This document shows positions 1 through 10,628 of a DNA stretch of 64,000 bases, in pieces (position 1 is the first letter of the stretch; each line of letters opens with the position of its first letter). The translations under genes and the position numbers were made by a program. The stretch is from an uncultured Chloroflexia bacterium (GTDB lineage: Bacteria; Chloroflexota; Limnocylindria; QHBO01). Under the pieces are notes generated by a model. The model saw only the letters and a list, made by a program, of their open reading frames with translations. It had not been told where the DNA came from and made no database searches. The DNA lies in the NCBI GenBank assembly GCA_963814375.1, contig CAWFCQ010000004.1, forward strand, positions 32,001-96,000. Reading direction: 5' to 3'.

Positions 1-2
1 TG

Positions 3-155
3 GGCGCGCTCCGGACGCTCCTCGCGCGCTCACGTAAGGGCGACGTCGCCGCGGTCATGGCGCACGTCGAGCGCAGGGAGCTGTTCGAGTGGCTGGAGGG
101 AGAGGGCTTCGCGCCGGTCGAGCTCGATCGGCTGCGCGAGCTGGTACGGAGCTAG
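3..155 (+). CDS. 3' end of a probable Mur-ligase-family protein (partial, not in ORF track)
   Basis: Frame from nt 3 reads GALRTLLARSRKGDVAAVMAHVERRELFEWL...RS* (TAG 153-155). This resembles the A..AL..A..GD+V++ C-terminal motif of Mur ligases and parallels CphA ATREALDRAGDGDVVVV. Confidence 0.5.
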   Translation, partial: GALRTLLARSRKGDVAAVMAHVERRELFEWLEGEGFAPVELDRLRELVRS

Positions 156-161
156 CCGCCT

Positions 162-2976
162 TCAGAGCTCGAGGTCGACCTCGTCGTCCGAGTCGAGGAC
201 GCCGACCACGGCGCTGAGCCCATCGGTCTCGCTGGCGCCACCGTGCTGGCGACGCTGGAGCTCCTTCCAGATCTGGTTGGCGTGATCAACGCACACGACC
301 ACGACGTCGCCGTCGCCGGCACGGTCGAGGGCCTCGCGCGTCGCCTCCAGCTCCTCGAGGATGGTCGAGACCGAGGTCGTGCGCGTGTCGGGACCGGCCG
401 CCTCGATCCCCTCGGTGATGAGCTCGGCGGTGCCGCCGCGCGGCCGTCCGCGGTTGTTCTCGTCCTCGCGGACGATGATCTCGTCGAAGTGCCCCGCCGC
501 AACCCGTCCGAGCTCGCGGATGTCCTCGTCGCGCCGGTCGCCGGCGGTGGCGATGACCGCGATGCGCCGGCCGGTGACCGGTGCCCGCGCCCCGCCCGGT
601 GACGGCTGGGTGAGCTGCTCGACGAACTGGCCGAGCGCATCGAGCGCCGGCGGGTTGTGCGCGTAGTCGACCACGACCCGGTAGCCGTCGAGCTCGAACA
701 TGTTCAGCCTGCCGGGCGCCATGTAGTACGAGGTCGTGAACGTCCGAAGCCCCTGGCGGATGTCGTGGAGGTGCGCACCGGCGGCCCATGACGCGGCCGT
801 CGCGGCGAGGGCGTTCTGGACGTTCATCCTGGCTCGCCCCTCGAAGGTGGCCGGGATGAGATGCGTCCAGACAAGCGCCATCGACTTGCGGCCCTGGCGC
901 AGGACGATCATCTCGCCGTTGCGCCCCTGCTCGAGGGTCACCGCGCGTCGGTTGCGCGCTGCCTGGAACTTCAGCCGCTCGTGCTCGGGGTCCATGCTGA
1001 AGTAGACGACCGATCCGGAGCAGTGCCGCGACATCGCGGCGACGAGCGGGTCATCGGCGTTGAGGACGGCCACGCCGTCACGCGGCACAGCCTCGACCAC
1101 GACCCGCTTTACCTCGGCCAGCTGCTTGATGCTGTGGATCCCGCCGAGGCCGAGGTGGTCGCCCGTGACGTTGAGCACGACCGCGACGTCATTGCGCTGG
1201 TAGCCGAGGCCCTCGCGCAGGATTCCGCCGCGGGCCACCTCGAACACGGCGAAGTCGACGGTGGGGTTCTGGAGGACCATCGAGGCGGACTTCGGCCCGG
1301 AGGAATCGGCGCGGCGCACGATCCGGCCGTCGACGTAGATGCCATCGGTGCTGGTGAGCCCGACCTTGCGGCCCATCCCCTTCATGATGTGGCTGATCAT
1401 CCGGGTCGTCGTCGTCTTGCCGTTGCTGCCGGTCACGGCGACGATCGGGATGCGCGCATCGGCCCCGGGCGGGAAGAGCATGTCGATCACCGGCTTGGCG
1501 ACGTACTGCGACTCGCCCTCGGTGGGGTGGGTGTGCATCCGGAAGCCGGGTGCGGCGTTGACCTCCACGATCCCGCCGCCGGTCTCGCGCACCGGCAGCG
1601 ACACGTCCGGGCAGATGAGGTCGATGCCAGCGATGTCGAGGCCCACGACGCGGGCGGCGAGCTCGGCCAGCTCGACGTTGTCGGGATGCGCCTCCTCGGT
1701 GCGGTCGATGCTGATGCCGCCGGTGCTCATGTTTCCGGTGCGCTTGAGGTAGACGCGCTGCCCGCGGGGTGGTGCATCGACCAGCTCGAAGCCCTGCTCG
1801 CGGGTGTACCCGATCGCCTCATCGTCGACCTTGATGCGAGTCAGCACCTTCTCGTGGCCGATGCCGCGGCGCGGGTCCGCGTTCGTGATCTCGATCAGCT
1901 CGGCGACGGTGTGCTTGCCGTCGCCCTCGACGTGGGCGGGCACGCGCTGGGCGACTGCCCGCAGCACGCCGCCGACGACCAGGCACCGGTAGTCATTCCC
2001 GGTGAGGTACGTCTCGACCACGACGCTGCCGCCACGGCTCTGCGACCTCGCCATGCGGAACCCGTCGCGCACGGCGTCGTCGTCGGCCAGGTTGAGCATG
2101 ACGCCGCGTCCGTGATTGCCGTCGAGCGGCTTGACCGCCACCGGAAAGCCGATGCGCCGCGCGGCGGCGATCGCCGCCTCCTCGTTGCGCACCACCTGCG
2201 AGCGGGGGACGGGAACGCCGGTCGCCGCGAGCAGCCGGTTCGTCAGCTTCTTGTCCGACGCGATGTCGACGCCCAGCGAACCGGTCCCGCTCGTCATCGT
2301 GGCCCGGATCCGCTTCTGATGGATGCCGTGGCCGAGCTGGATGAGCGACTGATCGTTGAGGCGGATGAAGGGGATGTCGCGCAACGCCGCCTCGTCGAGG
2401 ATGGCCTGGGTCGACGGGCCGAAGGCGGATCGCTCCGCCAGCAGGATGAGCGCCTCCAGCTCGGCGACGAAGTCGAAGTCCGGCTCCGCCTGGACGAGGT
2501 GGTTGACGAGCCGAACGGCGAGCTTGCCCGGCGGCGACGCCGACGGCCTCCTCCGCGTACGAGTAGACGACGTGGTACTGCCCGGGATCGCCGGTTCCGC
2601 GGGTCTTGCCACGGCCGACCTCGGTGCCGGTCTCGCGCTGGAGCTGGAGGGCGATGTGCTCGGCGACGTGGCCCGCCCACGTGCCCTCGCGCAGCCGATC
2701 CGTGAAGCCTCCCGGCCGCCCCGTCCCGCAGGTGTGCTGCCCGACGCCGGGCAGCATCGTGAGCAGCCCCTCGGTGAAGCCGGGGATCGTGTTCGATGGG
2801 AAGTGCTCGAGCACGCCGAGGTCGACGACGAGCTTGATGGCGGGGCTGTAGTTCCAGTAGTTCGGCCCGCGGAAGACGCGGGTCTCGACGATCGTGAGCT
2901 CGGGCATGGGCTTCGCGCCCGCCGGTGCGCTGGCGACGCGCCGCTCGCGCGCCTTCGCGCGTCCGGTCGTCGTCAT
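162..2976 (-). CDS. cphA: Cyanophycin synthetase (frameshift near 2527)
   Basis: N-domain motifs RGPNYW and GTWAGHVAEH lie in ORF 1993..2976. ATP-grasp motifs (FGPST, KPLDGNHGRG, EVNAAPGFRMH) and Mur-ligase motifs (VTGSNGKTTT, DYAHN) lie in ORF 162..2612. Removing one G from the GGG at 2527-2529 joins the frames. The start overlaps the cphB stop (ATGA). Confidence 0.93.
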
Positions 2977-3965
2977 TCGCTCGCCTCCTCGTCGACCCGC
3001 CGAGCGCGAAGGGCTCGCCGACGGGCACGCTCAGGGGCCGTGTCGTCGGCACCCTCTGCGGCGATGCTGCGGATCAGCTTCCGCGTCCGGGTCGTCGCCG
3101 CCTGGAGGCTTGCCAGCTCGCGGTCGGTGGCGCTCACCGGTCGCAGCGGCGCCATGAGCTTCCGCGCTTTGAGGTCGAAACGGTAGCCGGACGGCAGCGA
3201 GTGCAGGGTCACGCCGGAGACCATGATCGGCCGATAGCGCTTCACCTCGTACGCATCGGTGTGGATATGAGCCGGGTCGAGAATGGTCACCGATCCCTTG
3301 CCGAGCACCTCGAGGATGCCCTTCGGGCTCACCAGCGCCGCCGTGTCCTCGTCGATGCCGATGCCGAGCAGCGACGGCGACTGCGCCACGAGCGCCAGCA
3401 GCCGGCCGAATCGGTTGCGCTGCTCGAAATGCTGATCGATGAGGACGCCCGGCAGCAGCGCGAGGCCGGCGCTCATCTGGGTCATGCGCTGCTTCGGCGT
3501 CGCGCCGCTGGTGCCGAAGGCGACCATGTGGCTGGCGATGGCGGAGGCCCCGGCGCTCGTTCCCGCCACCATGGCCCCGCGACGGTGCCGCTCGACGATC
3601 GCGCGACCGAGCGCCGTGCCGCCGATGACGCTCGAGAGCCGCAGCTGGTTGCCGCCGGTCATGAAGATCGCGGTCGCGTCCTCGACCATCGCCGCGATGC
3701 GCTCGTCGTTGGCGTCGTCCCGCACGAGGGGACGCATGCCACGAACGTCGGCGATGCCCATCTGGCGGAAGAGGGAGAGGTACAGCTCGGTGGCCTCGTC
3801 GCCGAGCGAGGAGGCGGTCGAGATCACGACGACGCGCGCGTCGCTCCCACCGGCGAGGCTCACGAAGCGCGCCAGGATCTGGCGCTGGCGGAGCTTGTCC
3901 TCGGCGCCGCCGATGAGGAGGAGGTGTCCGGCCCGGGCCTGCCCGGGGCTGGGCGTGGCAGGCAT
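2973..3965 (-). CDS. cphB: Cyanophycinase (peptidase S51)
   Basis: Motifs IGGAED, GGNQLRL, GTSAGA (nucleophile), IDQHF..RNR.GRL and GIDEDT. TATGCT -10 box lies 7 nt before the ATG at 3965. Confidence 0.95.
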   Translation of the reverse strand: MPATPSPGQARAGHLLLIGGAEDKLRQRQILARFVSLAGGSDARVVVISTASSLGDEATELYLSLFRQMGIADVRGMRPLVRDDANDERIAAMVEDATAIFMTGGNQLRLSSVIGGTALGRAIVERHRRGAMVAGTSAGASAIASHMVAFGTSGATPKQRMTQMSAGLALLPGVLIDQHFEQRNRFGRLLALVAQSPSLLGIGIDEDTAALVSPKGILEVLGKGSVTILDPAHIHTDAYEVKRYRPIMVSGVTLHSLPSGYRFDLKARKLMAPLRPVSATDRELASLQAATTRTRKLIRSIAAEGADDTAPERARRRALRARRVDEEASE

Positions 3966-4020
3966 GGCGCGCAGCATAGCGAACTCCGGTTCGGGCCACG
4001 CCGACGCTAGACTCGGAAGG

Positions 4021-5154
4021 ATGCCCGCGACGAACGGGATGCGTACCCAGCCGCGCGACTTCTACGAGGTCCTCGGCGCCGAACCATCCGCTTCCACCGA
4101 TGCGTTACGCACCGCGTTCCGCGAGGCGGTCCTGCGTCATCACCCCGACCGAGCCCCCTCGTCGGAGATCGCCACGCGGAGGACCTCGATCCTCAACCGG
4201 GCCTGGGCCGAGCTGCGCGACCCGGTGCGCCGGCTCCACTACGACCACGCGCTCGAGTCCGGCTCGGCGACGATCCTCGATTGGCCGCTGGACGTCGGCG
4301 AGGCGGAGAAGCCGTCGCGTCGCCGGCCGCAACGCGTGCTCCCCGGGCAGCCGAGCCCGTGGCACCAGCCGCAGTGGCGCTCGGTCGCCGGCTTCCGGGT
4401 GCCTGCCGAGATCTTCCTGGCCGGCCCCGTGGTCCAGGAGCGCTGGATCGTCGAGAACCACATCGCCGGCGAGGACTGGCACGAGCACACGGAGCGCTAC
4501 TGGCTGCGCTTCGCCGCGCGTCACTACGCCGAGCGCGGCCGGATCGACGACTGGCTCGGGGCGCTCGAGCGGATGCTCGAGCAGGACCCGCCGCTGGCCG
4601 AGATCGTGGACGTCGGCCTGCGCGAGGCCTACATCGCCGCCGGGGAGGAGCTGCGCGGCGCGATGGTGGTGGCGGGGATCGCGGAGCGCCACCCCGCCGG
4701 CACGCCGCAACGCCGATGGGCGGAGCGGGAGCTGCGCGTCCTCCTCGGCGAGTACCGTGACCAGCACGTTCGCCGCGGGCCCGCTGCGCTGCGAGCCGAA
4801 AACGCCGAGCTGCTGCTCAACTTCCTCGAGTCGCTCGGCCTCGAGCCGAGCTTCACCGACTACCGCGCCGCGATCGTCGCGCACCGCCGGGCCAAGCACG
4901 CCGGACGCGCCGGTGAGCTGGTCGAGCGCGTCATGGACGCGCCGATCGAGGAACCCGGGCGACGCTTCAGCCTCGTCCAGCTCCTGACGGAGGCGGGTCA
5001 GCTCGACCGCGCCTCGACGCTCCTGGCGCGGATTGCTCGCGGCGACTATCCCGACTCTCTCGATCCGGCGCGCGTCACGAACCCGTGGCGACGGATCAGC
5101 GCCGCGCGCGAGCGACTCGCCCGGGCTCGCCGTCGCCTGGCTCCGACCGCGTGA
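4021..5154 (+). CDS. J-domain (DnaJ-type) protein with helical/TPR-like C-terminus
   Basis: DFYEVLG...LRHHPDR...LNRAWAELRDPVRR..YD J-domain with HPD motif. TAGACT lies 7 nt before the ATG. Confidence 0.8.
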   Translation: MPATNGMRTQPRDFYEVLGAEPSASTDALRTAFREAVLRHHPDRAPSSEIATRRTSILNRAWAELRDPVRRLHYDHALESGSATILDWPLDVGEAEKPSRRRPQRVLPGQPSPWHQPQWRSVAGFRVPAEIFLAGPVVQERWIVENHIAGEDWHEHTERYWLRFAARHYAERGRIDDWLGALERMLEQDPPLAEIVDVGLREAYIAAGEELRGAMVVAGIAERHPAGTPQRRWAERELRVLLGEYRDQHVRRGPAALRAENAELLLNFLESLGLEPSFTDYRAAIVAHRRAKHAGRAGELVERVMDAPIEEPGRRFSLVQLLTEAGQLDRASTLLARIARGDYPDSLDPARVTNPWRRISAARERLARARRRLAPTA

Positions 5155-5215
5155 TGCCTCCGTCATCGGATGCTAGGCTCGGGGCGCCCATCGCCGGTGG
5201 AGGCGCGCTGACCTC

Positions 5216-6670
5216 TTGAACCTCATTCGCAGGGTCCCGCGTGCCGTCATCGGCGCTGTCATCGGCATCGCGGCCGCGCTCTTTGGCGCGTGGCTGATGG
5301 GAGAGGCCGGCGGCCATTTGCCGTTCACCGTGCTCCTCGTCCTGGCGATCGCGGTCACGGGTCTCATGCTCGGCGCCACGGCTGCCCTCTTCGCGTACGT
5401 CGCCGGGGCCGCGACGATCGCCGTCGTCCTCCTGACCGAGCCGGTGCTCGAGTTCAGCCAGAGCGACTGGGTGCGTCTCTTCGCGTTCGTCCTGGGATCG
5501 CCGGCGATCGTCTTCCTCGTCAGCCGCGCCGAGGGAGCGCGGCGGGCCGCGGCGGAGGCGCTGGCCGCGAGCCGCTCGGCCGAGGATCGGGTCGAGGCCG
5601 AGCGCCAGCGCGTCGAGGCGGCGCGCGAGGAGACCACCACCGCGCTCGGCGCAGTCGAGCACGAGCGCGCGCGCCTCGCCGAGGTCGCCGAGTCGATCCC
5701 GGAGCCGCTGATCGTGTACGACGAGACGCCGCGTGGCACGTACGGCAACCGCGCGGCGCTGCGCATCTTCGGACGGAGCTTCGTCGAGCGACCGCTGGAC
5801 GAGTGGGGTCGGTCCACCGAGCCGCGCGACGAGCATGGCCGCTCGATCGAGCGCCGCTTCTGGCCGCAGGTCATCGGCCAGACGGAGGCGTTTCGGCAGC
5901 GGTTCATGCTCAGGATCCCGATGTCCGGCCGGGACGTGCTCGTCGACGTCGAGGGAACGCCGATCCCGGGCGGCGGCACCGTGCTTCTCCTCCGCGACGT
6001 CGGCAAGGAGGAGGACGAGCGACGACGGCTGTCGCGATTCGCGAGCTTCGTCGCGCACGAGCTGCGCAATCCGCTCGCGGTCGCCAAGGCGCGCATCGAG
6101 CTGGCGCAGCGCCAGGCCGGCGTTCCGCCCAGGGCCGCCAACCATGGCGTGCGGGCGCTCGAGTCGGTCGACGCCGCGATCGGCATCCTCGAGCGCCTCG
6201 AGCTCTACTCGCGCGCCGACAGCGGCACCGTCGAGGCGACGCGCGAGCCGTTCGAGCTGGCGCCGGCCCTGGGTGCCGCCATCGAGCGCCTCCGCACGCG
6301 TGGCTCGGAGCGGGAGGTACTGGTCACGCTCCCGGCGGGCATCCAGGTCACCGGCGACCGCACGCTCAGCGAGCAGGCGATCACGAACCTGCTCACCAAC
6401 GCCGATCGCTACTCGACCGCGGCCGAGCCGATCGAGGTGGTCGTGGAGGACGGTGATACGGTCACCCTGCGCGTGTGCGATGCCGGTCCCGGCATTGCCG
6501 ACGATGTCGCCAGCCTTCTCTTCACCGACCGGGTCGCGGCCGGTCGCGGGCTCGGCCTCGGTCTCTATCTTGTCCACGCCTCGATGGAGGCGATGGGAGG
6601 CTCGGTCAGCCTGGAGCAGCGCCGGCCGAGCGCGATCTTCGCGCTTCGCTGGCCGGCCGCCGACGCGTGA
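5216..6670 (+). CDS. Membrane sensor histidine kinase (TM region, PAS-like, HisKA, HATPase)
   Basis: About 4 hydrophobic segments, then H-box AHELRNPL, N-box NLLTNADRY, G1 DAGPGI and G2 GLGLGL. Start codon is uncertain. Confidence 0.88.
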   Translation: MNLIRRVPRAVIGAVIGIAAALFGAWLMGEAGGHLPFTVLLVLAIAVTGLMLGATAALFAYVAGAATIAVVLLTEPVLEFSQSDWVRLFAFVLGSPAIVFLVSRAEGARRAAAEALAASRSAEDRVEAERQRVEAAREETTTALGAVEHERARLAEVAESIPEPLIVYDETPRGTYGNRAALRIFGRSFVERPLDEWGRSTEPRDEHGRSIERRFWPQVIGQTEAFRQRFMLRIPMSGRDVLVDVEGTPIPGGGTVLLLRDVGKEEDERRRLSRFASFVAHELRNPLAVAKARIELAQRQAGVPPRAANHGVRALESVDAAIGILERLELYSRADSGTVEATREPFELAPALGAAIERLRTRGSEREVLVTLPAGIQVTGDRTLSEQAITNLLTNADRYSTAAEPIEVVVEDGDTVTLRVCDAGPGIADDVASLLFTDRVAAGRGLGLGLYLVHASMEAMGGSVSLEQRRPSAIFALRWPAADA

Positions 6671-7780
6671 GCCCGGATCCGCACCGGCTCCTCCGTCACC
6701 CCGGTCCGGTCGACCCGTATCCGCTCGAGCCCTCGGACGCCGAGCTCGCCGCCTCGGTCGGAATCCCGGTCGATCGGATCGTCCGCTACGACCTCAACAC
6801 CCTGGGCGGCGGGCCCCTGCCAGGTGTGCGCGAGGCCCTGGCGGGGCTCGACCCGGGACGGGCCGTCGAGTACGGCGATCTCGCGTATCGGGATCTGCGA
6901 GCGGCCATCGCTGGCGCGGTCGGAGTCTCGCCGGCGCGAGTGATCCCCGGCGCGGGCGCGGACGAGCTCATCCGGCTCGTCACGACGAGCGTCGTGGGTC
7001 CCGGCGACGCCGTCGTCATCCCGACGCCCACCTTCCCGATGTTCGCCGTCGAGGCAGGGCTCGCCGATGCCCGCGTCGTGGTGGTGCCTCGGTCGCGCCC
7101 CGCCGAGCAGCAGCCCGCCGAGCGGATCCGCGCGACGGCCGAGCGGGAGGGCGCGCGCCTCGTCTGGATCTGCTCGCCGAACAATCCGACCGGCGACGCG
7201 TACCGCCTCGACGACCTCCGCACCGTGGCCGCCGGGCTCGAGGCGATGGTCGTCGTCGACCAGGTCTACCTCGACTTCGCGATCGCGGCCGGCGCGGGCG
7301 GACTCGATGCGCTCGACGCTGTCTCCCGAGCTGGACAACGTGATCGTCCTGCGCTCGCTGGCCAAGTCACATGGCCTCGCCGGCGCCCGCATCGGCTACA
7401 TGGTCGTCCCCGAGGCCCTTGCCACGCGCTTCGACGCGCTGCGGCTGCCGCTCGCGGTGGGGTTCGCCACCGAGGCGCTCGCCATCGGCGCACTGGCCGA
7501 TGCGGATGCGGCCGCAACCCGCCACGTCGAGATCATGCGCGAGCAGCGCCGCCTGTCCGCCGCGCTCCGCGAGCTGGGCTGCGAGGTCCTCGAGGGCCTC
7601 GGCAACTTCGCGACATTCCGACCGCCCGATGCCGCCGGCCTGGCTGACGAGCTCCTGCGGCGCGGCTGCGTGGTTCGAGCCTACGAAGCTGGTCTGATGG
7701 CCGGCTGGTGCCGGGCCACGGCGCGGGCCGCAGATGAGAACGATCGGCTGATCGCCGCCCTGCGCGAGCTGCTCGGCTAG
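6667..7780 (+). CDS. hisC: Histidinol-phosphate aminotransferase family, PLP class II (frameshift near 7312)
   Basis: GADELI, CSPNNPTG and VVDQVY lie in one frame and LRSLAKSHGLAGARIGY (PLP Lys) in the +1 frame. GTG start overlaps the kinase stop (GTGA). Confidence 0.75.
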
Positions 7781-9124
7781 GCCGCCGCGATCACCTCGAG
7801 CGGGCCGAGCTGGGCGGACTCGAGCTCGGGGCCGATCTTTTCCGCGTCGCCGGTGAGCAGGATGAGCGCCTCGTCGGGTCGGACGAGCTCGCGGGCCGTT
7901 TCGAGCACGTCGGTGGCCGTGACCGCCTCGATTCGGGAGCGGTACGTGTGCCAGTAGTCCTCGGGCAGCCCGTACACCGCGAGCGGCTCGAGCGCCGCGG
8001 CGATGCCGGCGGTCGTCTCGAATCGGAGCGGGAAGACGCCCGACGAGGAAGTCGCGCACCTCGGCCAGCTCGGCGTCGGTGGGCGCCTCGACGCACATTC
8101 GCTCGAGCTGACCCAGCAGCTCCCGGATCGCGTCGACGGTGACCTCCGTCTGTACCGCGGCGGTCGCGGTGAAGGGGCCGACCGCGCGTCGCGGGTCGAA
8201 CGAGCAGCGCGCGCTGTAGGTGTACCCGAGCTCCTCGCGCAGCCGGCGGTTGAGCCGGCTCCCGAAGACCCCGCCCAGCAGCGCCGCCATGACGATTGCG
8301 CCGAAGTAGCGGGGGTGATCGCGATGGATGCCGAGATGCCCGACGCGGAGCTCGCTCTGGACCGATCCCGGCCGGTCGACGAGAACGACGCGTCGCCCGG
8401 CCCGCTGGGTCGGCGTAAAGGTTCGATGACCGCTGCCGGTGCCGCTCCAGTCGCCGAGGTGCCGCGTGACGGCATCGACCGCGTCGGTGGCCGTCACCTG
8501 GCCGGCCACGATGATGTCGGCCACGCTGGGGGCGTAGCGCCCGGAGTGGAAGGCGCGCGCCGCATCGACGCTCAGCGGCTCGACGGTCTCGGGCGTTCCG
8601 GCCGAGAGGCGGCCGTAGGGCACCTCCGCCGCGTACATCTCGCGCAGGAAGCTCTCGTCGGCGAGCCGCCCCGGCTCGGCGCGGGCCTGGAGGATGTCGT
8701 TGAGGCGTTCGGCCTTGAGCCGATCGAACTCGCTATCGTCCAGTCGCGGCTCCCTGATCATCTCGCTCAGCAGCGCCAGCCCGTCGTCGAGCTTGCTGCC
8801 CAGCGCGGTGAACCCGGCGCGGGCGCTGTCCCACGAGCTCTCGCTCCCGACCTCGATCCCGAGACGTTCCGTCGTCTCGGCGAAGGCGGCGGCGTCGAGA
8901 CGGCGGGTGCCGGTCACGAGGAGCTGCGCCGTCAGCGCGGCGATGCCGGCCTGCGGCTCGTCCTCGGTCGCCGCGCCCGCGTCGGCCAGGAGGTGAACGC
9001 TGACGAGCTCGCGATCCGGCAGCGGAACGACCCAGACCCCGAGGCCGTTCGGCAGCTCCGAGCGGCTGAAGTCGGGGAAGCGGTACGGGCGCGGGGCGCC
9101 GGCCGGCGGTCGTGCCACCGTCAC
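7777..9124 (-). CDS. M16 (pitrilysin) family peptidase, non-catalytic subunit (frameshift near 8040)
   Basis: LPNGL, SRLNRRLREELGYTY, no HxxEH. An extra G in GTC-GGG-CGT at 8039-8041 separates the C-terminal GVFPLRFET... frame. Confidence 0.85.
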
Positions 9125-10398
9125 GCGGCGGCCTCGGCCGGCACGTAGGTCAGCGTGACGCGATTGTCGGCGTGCACCGCGGAGCCCAGGACATCGGAGA
9201 CGCGCGCCGCATCGACCGTGACGTAGCGCTCGACCTCGCTGTTGACACGCTCTGGCTCGTCGAAGAGGCAGGCGTACATGCTCAGCCGGTCGGCGCGTTC
9301 GCCGATGCGCTCCAACGCTCCGGCGGCATGCGCGGCGTGCAGGTTGCGGACCCGCTCGAGGTCGCCATCGGTCGGCCCGTCGGTGGCGAGGCGATCGATC
9401 TCCGCCAGCGTGGCAGCCTCGAGCGTCTCCGTCGCCACACCGGGACGGGCCGTGACCCAGAGAGTGAACATGCTCGCTCCGCCGACGATGGGAAACGCGA
9501 AGACGCTGACGTCCTGGGCGACGCGCTGCTCGCGCACCAGGCTGGCATAGAGACGCGACGCGCGCCCTGATCCGAGGACGTCGGCCGCCACCTCGAGCGC
9601 GTCGAAGGCATCGCTGCCGAAGGTCGGCGTGCGGTGGGCGAAGTAGATCCTCGGGAGCGGCACCTGGTCCGCCTTCGTCTCGCGCACCGCGCTGCCGATC
9701 AAGGCGTCAACCGACATGTCCGGTGGGGGAGGGAGAGTCGAGTTGGCGGGGATGGGACCGAAGTGGCGTTCGACCATGGCGAGGGCCGCATCGGCCTCGA
9801 AGTCGCCGGCGATGGTCAGGACCGCATTGTTCGGGGCGTAGAAGGTCGCGAAGAACTCCCGAACGTCGTCCAGCGACGCGGCCGACAGATCCTCCATCGA
9901 GCCTATGGTCGAGTGGTGGTACGGATGGCCCTCGGGGTAGACGAGCTGCTGGATCAGCTCGTCCCAGTCACCGTAGGGCTGGTTGTCGACGCTCCAGCGG
10001 CGCTCGTTCTTCACGACGTCGCGCTGGTTGTCGAGCTTCTCCTGTGTCATCGCCGGAAGCAGGCTCGCCATCCGATCGGCCTCGAGCCACAGGGCGAGCT
10101 CCAGCTCATGCCCGGGCAGGGTTTCGTAGTAATTGGTCCGATCCAGCCAGGTCGACGCGTTCAGCGTGCCGCCGGCCGCCTGCACCAGGCTGAAATGCTG
10201 CCCCTTCTCCACGTTCTCCGAGCCCTGGAACATCATGTGCTCGAAGAGATGCGCGAACCCGGTCTTGCCCGCCTTCTCGTGCTTGCTGCCGACGTCGTAC
10301 CAGAGGTTGACGGCGACCATTGGCGCGCGCGGATCGCGTGACAGGATGATGCGCAGGCCGTTGTCGAGGGCGTGGCGTTCGATCGGGACGTGGGGCAC
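9121..10398 (-). CDS. M16 family zinc peptidase, catalytic subunit
   Basis: LDNGL, VGSKHE, GFAHLFEHMMF (HxxEH), NASTWLDRTNYY. Confidence 0.92.
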   Translation of the reverse strand: MPHVPIERHALDNGLRIILSRDPRAPMVAVNLWYDVGSKHEKAGKTGFAHLFEHMMFQGSENVEKGQHFSLVQAAGGTLNASTWLDRTNYYETLPGHELELALWLEADRMASLLPAMTQEKLDNQRDVVKNERRWSVDNQPYGDWDELIQQLVYPEGHPYHHSTIGSMEDLSAASLDDVREFFATFYAPNNAVLTIAGDFEADAALAMVERHFGPIPANSTLPPPPDMSVDALIGSAVRETKADQVPLPRIYFAHRTPTFGSDAFDALEVAADVLGSGRASRLYASLVREQRVAQDVSVFAFPIVGGASMFTLWVTARPGVATETLEAATLAEIDRLATDGPTDGDLERVRNLHAAHAAGALERIGERADRLSMYACLFDEPERVNSEVERYVTVDAARVSDVLGSAVHADNRVTLTYVPAEAAA

Positions 10399-10505
10399 TC
10401 GGTTGCCTCGTGGTGGACCGTTGAGGCGGCCGGACGAACGTTCGCGTGTCGCGGGGGGTCGCCCGGCCGAGCGCCGATTCTAGCAGCGGATCGTTCGCGG
10501 AATGG

Positions 10506-10580
10506 TGGTGAGCGCCCGGGGATTCGAACCCCGAACCTAGTGATTAAGAGTCACTTGCTCTGCCGTTGAGCTAGGCGCCC
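10506..10580 (-). tRNA. tRNA-Lys(CUU)
   Basis: Reverse strand GGGCGCCTAGCTCAACGGCAGAGC AGTGA-CTCTTAA-TCACT ...GGTTCGAATCCCCGGGCGCTCACCA. Cloverleaf with encoded CCA. Confidence 0.96.
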
Positions 10581-10628
10581 ACCGATAGGATGCCGCAGGC
10601 GGCGAGGCGGGTCAATCGAGCCGGCAGC

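Noticed and set aside
2520-2535. Programmed ribosomal frameshifting in cphA and other split genes
   Set aside because: No slippery heptamers or stimulators are visible, and similar +1 errors recur in unrelated genes.
10435-10444. CGAACGTTCG palindrome as an SOS box
   Set aside because: It lacks the 4-nt spacer required for GAAC-N4-GTTC and lies upstream of peptidases.
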